Both the position numbers and the translations under genes were made by a program. A DNA stretch of 64,000 nt, from contig JBLNBN010000060.1 of NCBI GenBank assembly GCA_050260015.1, positions 974 through 64,973 on the forward strand, read 5' to 3'. The stretch is from Chloroflexota bacterium. Its GTDB lineage: Bacteria > Bacteroidota > Ignavibacteria > Kapaibacteriales > UBA2268. Numbering within the stretch: the stretch's first letter is position 1; each line of letters starts with the position of its first letter. Under the pieces are notes generated by a model. The model was not told the DNA's origin. It worked only from the letters and a program-made list of their open reading frames with translations, and did no database searches. Shown one piece after another: positions 56,698 through 64,000 of this stretch.

Positions 56698-57639
56698 TTA
56701 ATTGATTATAGTACCGATCCTGCCCCAGCGAATCGATTTTAGCTTATCGCCGAGATTGGCGAAGGGCTGATTGGTGTCCCAGGACCAATACACTACTATC
56801 GGGGAGCCTACGACGTTCTCGTATGGAATAAATCCCCAATAGCGACTGTCGGCGCTATGGTCGCGGTTGTCGCCCATGCCGAAGCAGTAATCGTGCGTCA
56901 CAGTATATTTATCTGCGGGCTTATCGTCGATAAACATTTTCACGCCGTCCGTGGAAACCTTATGACCTTCCCGCGCGATAAATATCGCCCACTCGTTAAA
57001 GTTGGATGGAGCGAGCGTGATAATGTCGCCCTTCTTCGGTATCCTGATCGGGCCGTAATTATCCCGGGTGAACCCCCTGCCTGCCGGGAAGGTGATCCAT
57101 GAATCCTCCGCGGAAGCTATTCCCGGCTCCTCGCGACCTTGCGGTGGGAGCGGAAATGATTTGCCGTTTACAAAAACTTTTTTGTTTATTATCTGGAGAG
57201 TATCGCCGGCGGTAGCTACGCAACGCTTCAAATAATACATAAATTCCGGCGACTTGACTTCGTCGCGATTACCCGGGAAGATAAATACAATTACGTCTCC
57301 TTTCTCGGGGTCTTCCGGGCCGGGGAACTTATAAAAGGGCAGCGGGATATTCAGGAACGGAATAACCTGCGGCGTCGAGGGGCCGTAAACGAACTTATTA
57401 ACGAATAAGAAATCGCCCGTCAAAACTGTATTTTCCATCGACCCTGTCGGAACGACGAACGACGCGATCGCCAGCCCGTTAATAATCATAACAATAACGA
57501 TCGCCCCTACGCCGGTCTTGATCCAGGACCAGAGCGTGTCCAGGGGCTTTTCCTTTGCTTTGCGTTCCGCTTCCGCTGCTTTACGAGCGCGCCTGCGTTC
57601 TTTCCAATAATCGCGAGAAAAATACTTGTAATCTGCCAT
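56698..57639 (-). CDS. lepB: Signal peptidase I
   Basis: N-terminal TM, GDFLFVNKF, the catalytic Ser/Lys region, and GDNRDHSADSRYWGFIP. Confidence 0.85.
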   Translation of the reverse strand: MADYKYFSRDYWKERRRARKAAEAERKAKEKPLDTLWSWIKTGVGAIVIVMIINGLAIASFVVPTGSMENTVLTGDFLFVNKFVYGPSTPQVIPFLNIPLPFYKFPGPEDPEKGDVIVFIFPGNRDEVKSPEFMYYLKRCVATAGDTLQIINKKVFVNGKSFPLPPQGREEPGIASAEDSWITFPAGRGFTRDNYGPIRIPKKGDIITLAPSNFNEWAIFIAREGHKVSTDGVKMFIDDKPADKYTVTHDYCFGMGDNRDHSADSRYWGFIPYENVVGSPIVVYWSWDTNQPFANLGDKLKSIRWGRIGTIIN

Positions 57640-57674
57640 TTAACAATCCCGTATAATAAGCAACCAATTAATGT

Positions 57675-59477
57675 TTAGTCGTCGAGGCTTAAAACTGCTA
57701 AGAACGCCTCCTGGGGTATTTCGACGGAGCCAACCTGTTTCATTCGCTTCTTACCTTCCTTTTGCTTCTCCAGCAGCTTTCTCTTACGAGAGATATCGCC
57801 GCCGTAGCATTTAGCGGTCACGTTCTTGCGAAGAGGCTTTACCGTCGTACGAGCGATGATTTTGGAACCGATCGCCGCCTGGATAATCACCTCAAACATT
57901 TGACGCGGAATTAAGTCTTTTAATTTTGTACAAAGTTTTTTACCCCAATCGTATGCCTTGCTTCTATGAACAATAGAGGAGAGAGCGTCCACCGGTTCTG
58001 CGTTGAGCAATATATCCAGCTTTACTAAATCGCCGTCCTCAAATTCGGTAAATTCATAATCCAACGAAGCATACCCGCGCGAAAGCGATTTCAGCTTATC
58101 GTAGAAATCAAACACAACTTCGGCGAGAGGCAGTTTCCATGTCAGGTCCACGCGTTCGGGGGAAAGATACGAGGTGTGAAGCATCGTGCCGCGGCGCTCG
58201 AGGCAAAGCTTCATAATCGCGCCGATGTACTCGTTCGGCAATATGATCTGCGCTTTAATGTAGGGTTCCTGTAGCTCGGCGATGGCGGTGGGAACGGGCA
58301 ATTGCGCCGGGTTGTCCACGAACATCTCGGTACCGTCAGTTTTAACTATCCGGTAGCGAACGTTCGGCACGGTCGTTACGATGGTCTGGTTAAACTCGCG
58401 TTCCAGGCGCTCCTGGACTATTTCCATGTGAAGCAAGCCAAGGAAGCCGCAACGAAATCCAAAGCCTAAGGCGTTCGAAGTCTCGGGCTCGAATGAAATT
58501 GCCGAATCGTTGAGAACCAATTTTCCAAGAGCTTCGCGAAGATCTTCGAAGTCGTCCGCGTCGGCGGGGTAGATGCCACTGAAGACCATTGGCTTGACTT
58601 CTTTGAAGCCCGCAATAGCCTCGGAGCAAGGATTTTTCGCATGCGTAACCGTGTCGCCGACCTTGGTGTCGGTTAGGCTTCGAATGCTCGCCGTAAAGTA
58701 ACCTACGTTGCCTGCCGCCAAAGTTCCGGTCCGTTGCCGCTTCATGTAGAGAATGCCAACTTCCTCCACGTCGTAAGTCATACCGGCGGCCATAAATAGG
58801 ATTTTATCGTTCTCGCGAAGCGTGCCGTCAAAAATTCTTACGTTTACGATAACGCCGCGATATGAATCGAAAATAGAATCATAAATGAGCGCGCGAAGGG
58901 GAGCGTTCGGGTCGCCCTTGGGCGCGGGGATCAATTTGACTATAGCTTCAAGGATTTCTTTAATTCCCAAGCCCTGCTTAGCCGAGGTCATAAGAATTTC
59001 TTCATCCTTGCAGCCGATCAAGTCCATTACCTGGTGTTTAACGCCTTCGATAGTCGTCTGGGCGCTTGGCAGATCAATTTTATTTAAAACCGGGATAATT
59101 TCCAGGTTGTGGTCGACGGCCAGGTATAAGTTACTAATCGTTTGGGCTTCGATGCCCTGCGTGGCGTCGACGACCAATATTGCGCCTTCGCAAGCAGCCA
59201 GCGAGCGCGAAACTTCGTAAGAGAAATCCACGTGGCCGGGCGTGTCGATTAGGTTTAGAATATACGTTTCGCCGTCGTCGGCCTTGTACTCCATCTGGAT
59301 AGCATGCAGCTTAATAGTAATCCCGCGCTCCTGCTCGAGCGGATTGTCGTCTAAGATTTGATTCGTAATCATCTCGCGGGCGGTAACTCTGCCCGTCATT
59401 TCAAGCAACCTATCGGCAAGCGTCGATTTGCCGTGGTCTATATGAGCAATTATACAAAAATTGCGGAATTTGTTCAT
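57675..59477 (-). CDS. lepA: Elongation factor 4 (LepA)
   Basis: [17 protein letters not shown] and DTPGHVDF, with a 600-aa LepA-specific C-terminus. Confidence 0.9.
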   Translation of the reverse strand: MNKFRNFCIIAHIDHGKSTLADRLLEMTGRVTAREMITNQILDDNPLEQERGITIKLHAIQMEYKADDGETYILNLIDTPGHVDFSYEVSRSLAACEGAILVVDATQGIEAQTISNLYLAVDHNLEIIPVLNKIDLPSAQTTIEGVKHQVMDLIGCKDEEILMTSAKQGLGIKEILEAIVKLIPAPKGDPNAPLRALIYDSIFDSYRGVIVNVRIFDGTLRENDKILFMAAGMTYDVEEVGILYMKRQRTGTLAAGNVGYFTASIRSLTDTKVGDTVTHAKNPCSEAIAGFKEVKPMVFSGIYPADADDFEDLREALGKLVLNDSAISFEPETSNALGFGFRCGFLGLLHMEIVQERLEREFNQTIVTTVPNVRYRIVKTDGTEMFVDNPAQLPVPTAIAELQEPYIKAQIILPNEYIGAIMKLCLERRGTMLHTSYLSPERVDLTWKLPLAEVVFDFYDKLKSLSRGYASLDYEFTEFEDGDLVKLDILLNAEPVDALSSIVHRSKAYDWGKKLCTKLKDLIPRQMFEVIIQAAIGSKIIARTTVKPLRKNVTAKCYGGDISRKRKLLEKQKEGKKRMKQVGSVEIPQEAFLAVLSLDD

Positions 59478-59537
59478 TCGTTACTTCGGAATCTTGGAAA
59501 CTTCAAAATTAACTATTTTTCAGGCAATTTGCAAGCT

Positions 59538-60386
59538 TCATTTAATTAAATCCTTCGCCGGTTTTACGGCCCTGTTCCTGCCTATAAAAATGCCTATTCC
59601 ATCCTCCTGGACATTTCCACGAATGTTGGTGCCGCCGATGCCGAATATATCGTTAGGGGAGTCGCCGGCGTAGCGCGAGTCGTAATATTTCTCGTAAATC
59701 GGATCGAACGCATCTACAACAAATTTAAAGTTCTCTTTTACCATTTCCGGGGACATCCAATTGCCATACGTTTCAATTTCAACAGCGCTGTATCCCTGCG
59801 AGTTCACGTTCTTGCCATTGCTTAACTTCCCGCCATACCAGTAATTTTCGTTCGAACCGTTAATATCGTTATACCCGCCCCGGTATACCCCGCCGTTTTC
59901 GGGCGTAAAGTAAACGTAATATAAATAAGTTGTGTCAATATAGCCGTCGCCGTAGCTATGGGCCACTTTTTTATAGGTGGCGTACCGAAGTATCGGCGCC
60001 TTAGGTATCGTCGTGGTAGCGTATGCGTGTAAATTCTTCCATTTTACGTCTAATGTATATGTCTTTCCTTCCTGGTATTCAACGCCCTGCAGAGTGTACT
60101 TCCGGAATTGCACGTCGTAGCTTACCAGGTTCCAGGTCTGGCCTTCCGAGGTTAGCGTTACTTCGGGCAGGGGATTGATAAGCATATCGTTATTATCTTC
60201 CTGCGATAATGCCGGCACAGTGCGGGAAAGACTAATATCGAGCTGTTTGCCCGGCTCTATCAGCCCGCTGATTACAATTTTCTCCTCGTATGGCAACGTT
60301 ACGTCGTCGACGTTATTCTCGCAGGACGCAATAAATAATCCTGATAAAGCGATAAGGGCGTATTTAAAAAATTGCCTGTTTTTCAT
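59538..60386 (-). CDS. Lipoprotein, DUF4249-like (a common partner of TonB-dependent receptors)
   Basis: Lipobox LFIASC. 282 aa. Located immediately downstream of the TonB-dependent receptor gene. Confidence 0.4.
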   Translation of the reverse strand: MKNRQFFKYALIALSGLFIASCENNVDDVTLPYEEKIVISGLIEPGKQLDISLSRTVPALSQEDNNDMLINPLPEVTLTSEGQTWNLVSYDVQFRKYTLQGVEYQEGKTYTLDVKWKNLHAYATTTIPKAPILRYATYKKVAHSYGDGYIDTTYLYYVYFTPENGGVYRGGYNDINGSNENYWYGGKLSNGKNVNSQGYSAVEIETYGNWMSPEMVKENFKFVVDAFDPIYEKYYDSRYAGDSPNDIFGIGGTNIRGNVQEDGIGIFIGRNRAVKPAKDLIK

Positions 60387-60395
60387 TGCCGGTTC

Positions 60396-62735
60396 CTATA
60401 TTTTAAAGTTTAAACCCACGACGGGGAAGAAAGGAAATAGGGTAATTTGCTTAACGACAGTTTTGTTGTAATTAGGGCTATTGTAATCGTAATCCGTTCC
60501 TATAAACCACGCGAAAGGGTTCATATGGTTATAAACATTATAGAAATTAAAGGACCATTCGAACGGCTTGCCGAAGTACTCGACTTTATGCAGGAAGTTA
60601 ATATCGAGCCTGTGGTATGCCGGGAGCCTAAAGCCGTTCTTTTTTGTGTATAAATATTTTCTATTCCAATAATCGCCGTAATCCGACCCGTCGACCGGGT
60701 CGGTAAATCGGTATGAGCCGCTGGGCACAGTGTATGCCTGCCCGGTACCGTACACCCATGTTGCGCTTATCTCCCATTTCTTGCCAAGCTCGTAATTGCC
60801 AACGACGCTGACGTCATGCCTGCGGTCGTAGCGAGGGAAATATTCTTCGCCATTGTTTAGATCCTCGAATTTTCTTTTAGTCCAGGCCAGGGTATAGCCT
60901 ATCCAACCCGTAAATTTGCCCGTTCGTTTCTGAAGGAAGAACTCCGCGCCGTATGCCCAGCCTTTTCCGGATGTAAATTGGCTTTCAAGCGGCATGCCAA
61001 ACGAGAACGTAGCGTCCTCCTTATACTCGTAAAGACGCTTCATGTCCTTGTAATATCCTTCGACCGTAAAGAGGTATTCGCCGCCGTTGAAAGTGTGCTC
61101 GAGCCCGAGAACGCCTTGAGTTGAGCGCGAGGGCTTAATCGTAGAGGTCGAGGGGAACCATAGGTCGGTTGGCAGAGAGATCTGCTCCCACTCGATCAGG
61201 TGCAGGTACTGGTTCGCGATAGCGAAGCTGGACTTCAGCGTCCATCCCTCGGCCACCTGGTAATTAAGCATAAGGCGCGGCTCTATATCCGTGTAATTTC
61301 CTTCAGAGAAATAGTAAAATCTCGCGCCGATATTTGCAAAGAGCTTGTCGCTGATAGTCCATTCGTCCTGGAGGAAAAGCGCCAGGTCCCATGCTTTAAA
61401 CTTTTGATTTGTGTAATCGAGAATATCGAACTCGTTAAGTATCTCATTTGAGACCTTATTCTCGAACCTGTGGTTTGTCAGCTCGAAGCCGGTCTTTACG
61501 ATATGATTTTCCTGGGGGTAATATTGCGCTTCGCCTTTAGCAGTTAGGTCCTGAATCCTGGAAAACGAGTTGAAGGCGCTTGCGGACGACGTATCGTCGG
61601 CGCTGAAGGAGGAGCCGAAGTTATAACGAGAATAGATAAGGGAGAAATTCGTAAAAAGCGTAGGGCTAACAACATGCGCCCATCGCAGGTTGCCGGTCGT
61701 ATTGCCCCAATCGATACCAAAATTCGCTTCGCTTTCCCAATCGTCCTTGTTTTTAAAGACGTCGTCGCCGAAGTAGCCGCTTAAAAATATCTGGTCCTTA
61801 TCGCCAAGGCGTATATTAGTCTTCGCGTTAAAGTCATAGAAATAGTAAGTCGGGGAATTCCTGTAATCCTCCTTGTCGAGGAACAGGTAAAGCATAGCGT
61901 CGAGGTAAGTTCTGCGGCCGGAGATCATATAGGTCATATTGTCCCCGATCGGCCCCTCGAGCGTTAACCGGGAGCTGATCAGGCTTATGCCGCCCGAGCC
62001 GGTGAACTTTTCTTTCGTCCCCTCCTTCATAGTCAGATCGAGCACGCTGGAAATTCTTCCGCCATATTCGGCTGGGAAGGCGCCTTTGATCAACTTTACG
62101 TCGCGGAGCGCGTCCGTATTAAAGGTGGAAAAGAAGCCGCCAAGGTGGGAAGGATTATACACGATAACGCCGTCGAGGAGATTTAAATTCTGATCGGGCG
62201 AACCGCCCCGGATATAGAGTCCCGCCGAGAGTTCCGTGTTCTGCTTTACGCCGGGCAGCAACTGGAGCGTTCTAAACAGGTCGCGTTCGCCGAACATCGA
62301 GGGCATCTTATTGATAAACTCGGGCGAAATGCTTACCATGCTAATGCTATGCGTAGTAGGCTCGCGCTCGGCTTCCACCGTTATTTCCTGGGTGCGGACG
62401 TCACGATTTAACAACTCAATATTGAAAACGAGGTCCTTTCCTGGCTCGATCGTAATATTAGATTCAAAATCGATATAGCCGACGGAGCGTGAGACAATTT
62501 TATACTTACCGGGGGCTAAGCCTGGGATAGAATAAAAGCCGAACTTGTTTGCGCGGGTTCCGCGAGCCCCTTTAAGCGTGGTCGCCGTATCGGCGACTAT
62601 CATAACGGTCGCGCTCGGCATCGCTTCCCCGGAATGCAACTCGCGGACCGTCCCTGAAACCGCGCTTTTTTGCGCGATAGCCGGGTAAGCGGCAAGCAGG
62701 ATCGAAACTATCAAAAGAAACGGTAGTCTTGACAT
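60396..62735 (-). CDS. TonB-dependent receptor with N-terminal carboxypeptidase-regulatory-like domain
   Basis: Signal peptide. A CarbopepD_reg-like SGTVRELHSGEAMPSATVMIV. Plug and barrel. The C-terminus ends in an aromatic residue (F). Confidence 0.8.
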   Translation of the reverse strand: MSRLPFLLIVSILLAAYPAIAQKSAVSGTVRELHSGEAMPSATVMIVADTATTLKGARGTRANKFGFYSIPGLAPGKYKIVSRSVGYIDFESNITIEPGKDLVFNIELLNRDVRTQEITVEAEREPTTHSISMVSISPEFINKMPSMFGERDLFRTLQLLPGVKQNTELSAGLYIRGGSPDQNLNLLDGVIVYNPSHLGGFFSTFNTDALRDVKLIKGAFPAEYGGRISSVLDLTMKEGTKEKFTGSGGISLISSRLTLEGPIGDNMTYMISGRRTYLDAMLYLFLDKEDYRNSPTYYFYDFNAKTNIRLGDKDQIFLSGYFGDDVFKNKDDWESEANFGIDWGNTTGNLRWAHVVSPTLFTNFSLIYSRYNFGSSFSADDTSSASAFNSFSRIQDLTAKGEAQYYPQENHIVKTGFELTNHRFENKVSNEILNEFDILDYTNQKFKAWDLALFLQDEWTISDKLFANIGARFYYFSEGNYTDIEPRLMLNYQVAEGWTLKSSFAIANQYLHLIEWEQISLPTDLWFPSTSTIKPSRSTQGVLGLEHTFNGGEYLFTVEGYYKDMKRLYEYKEDATFSFGMPLESQFTSGKGWAYGAEFFLQKRTGKFTGWIGYTLAWTKRKFEDLNNGEEYFPRYDRRHDVSVVGNYELGKKWEISATWVYGTGQAYTVPSGSYRFTDPVDGSDYGDYWNRKYLYTKKNGFRLPAYHRLDINFLHKVEYFGKPFEWSFNFYNVYNHMNPFAWFIGTDYDYNSPNYNKTVVKQITLFPFFPVVGLNFKI

Positions 62736-62807
62736 AAAATTCTCGCTCGTTGGTTACTATTGATGAAAAATTCACGTTTAATAATCTACGTTATTTGATT
62801 TGGTCTC

Positions 62808-63608
62808 TCAATAAAAATGAACCTGGAAGCCAAACCCGGCATAGGAATCCCTTTCGCGGTAAAACATCCCATGCATACTGCGCCCGTCGTAAAAGAATCC
62901 GTTTAACGAAATGCCTGCATGCTCGACCGGTTTGAATAAAAGACCGATCTGCGCCGAGTTCGAGGTCCTGAATTTTGACTTGACCTCGGTAATCCTACTA
63001 TCGATTCCGGCTATAAGGTTCAAATGAGCTGCGAGCTCTTTTTCGTAATCGACCCCAATTTGCGGAGCGAATGCGCCATTGTCGCGCGGCTGGGTCGAAA
63101 AAAGAAAATTCATTCCCAAATAGGGCCTGAAGCCCCCTAACTGTTTTGCAACGGCTACGTCGAAAAATTCCCGGCTGTAAACGAACGGCTTTTTCCAAAA
63201 TACGCCGTCGGTCGAATAGCCGTCCACCAGATGCGAGGATATATGAGCCAGGCGTATCCTACCAGTAAAGCCTGTTCCGAACATATTGGCGTTGAAGGTC
63301 GTATTAACCCCGAAGTAGTAATCGGAAGTTTCAACGGGGAACTTAAAGTGATTTTGGGAGCGCAAGCGGGTGTAGGTAAAGAAATCCGCCGCCATTCGCC
63401 ACTCTGCGGAATCCGATTTGTAAAGTTCGGCAAAATCGATCGAGGCGCCGATATCGAGCCTCAATTTCCTGGCTCCGAATTGGTAAAAGCTGCCCACCCG
63501 CGGTTCGAAAGCAGCCGCGGTTAACGGTTTAAATAGCGCGCCTTCAAAAGCGAAGCTCCTCGTTGCCAAAAACAAGAGGAGCCCGCATACAAAAAAACTT
63601 CTTCTCAT
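62808..63608 (-). CDS. Hypothetical outer-membrane beta-barrel protein
   Basis: Signal peptide, alternating amphipathic beta-strands, and a terminal HFY. Confidence 0.45.
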   Translation of the reverse strand: MRRSFFVCGLLLFLATRSFAFEGALFKPLTAAAFEPRVGSFYQFGARKLRLDIGASIDFAELYKSDSAEWRMAADFFTYTRLRSQNHFKFPVETSDYYFGVNTTFNANMFGTGFTGRIRLAHISSHLVDGYSTDGVFWKKPFVYSREFFDVAVAKQLGGFRPYLGMNFLFSTQPRDNGAFAPQIGVDYEKELAAHLNLIAGIDSRITEVKSKFRTSNSAQIGLLFKPVEHAGISLNGFFYDGRSMHGMFYRERDSYAGFGFQVHFY

Positions 63609-63628
63609 AAACTGTAATATATTGTGTA

Positions 63629-64000
63629 TTAATCGTATATTCTCGCTTTAACGGACCTGTTCCTTACGCGCTTATAGGGCGTATCGTTCGAGAATAGATC
63701 AGGATCCTCGATAATTATCTTTATTCCGGCGCTCTCTTCAGCGCCAATTAATCTTAGCGCCGTTTCTCCTCGTTTCTTCGCCAATTTCGCGTTATGGTCC
63801 TCGGAGCCGATTGAATCGGTCCCGGCGAGTATCTCGAATCTCTTTCCCTCGGCGAAAGCCTGCCTGATAGTTTCTAACGCTTCCCGGTCTATCGAGGAAA
63901 AGACTGATTCGTCGAAGTCGAAATATCCCAATACAAACTCGCGGGATTTACTCGAATTATCGTAGTTTACGGTAGTCGAGACGACTTTGCGCTTGAACGC
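63629..64000 (-). CDS. OmpA-family (peptidoglycan-binding OmpA/MotB C-terminal domain) protein, C-terminal portion; gene continues past the window end
   Basis: ILAGTDSIGSEDHNAKLAKKRGETA resembles the OmpA_C motif. The reading frame stays open to position 64000. Confidence 0.5.
   Translation of the reverse strand, partial: AFKRKVVSTTVNYDNSSKSREFVLGYFDFDESVFSSIDREALETIRQAFAEGKRFEILAGTDSIGSEDHNAKLAKKRGETALRLIGAEESAGIKIIIEDPDLFSNDTPYKRVRNRSVKARIYD

Overview
This looks like a 64-kb chromosomal segment from a Bacteroidota/Ignavibacteria-like (FCB-group) genome at roughly 50% GC. That placement is inferred from several gene calls made by eye: multiple proteins ending in T9SS-type C-terminal sorting domains, a batBCDE aerotolerance operon, bamA followed by tandem ompH/skp genes, a bshA-like glycosyltransferase, an OlsF-like bifunctional aminolipid acyltransferase and a GWxTD-like protein. 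It is mostly housekeeping and envelope genes: panC (partial), yigZ, bshA, a NuoF-like flavoprotein, a polysaccharide flippase, ftsY, ruvX, uppS, bamA, ompH copies, lpxD, hemW, lepB and lepA, plus a TonB-dependent receptor. There is an amino-acid catabolism module (iorAB with a LAT-like aminotransferase) and a small redox cluster (nitroreductase, flavin reductase, Fe-ADH). The accessory content is as follows. (i) Three tandem paralogous CxxC-containing, Omp28-like T9SS cargo genes lie divergent from a 688-aa secreted protein. (ii) A 3.6-kb tandem duplication of a cheW–mcp cassette encodes 957-aa poly-HAMP chemoreceptors whose signalling halves are near-identical but whose sensor domains differ. 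(iii) A gene-poor interval (19.1–20.0 kb) holds two identical terminator-like hairpins, a tRNA-Pro(CGG) and a repeated TAACCCC-N3-GGGGTTA hairpin element, which recurs in the long leader of iorAB. (iv) A partial tandem duplication of ompH includes its 5′ region. No CRISPR array, IS element, integrase or recognisable defence system was seen. All protein calls are made by eye from motifs, without database searches.
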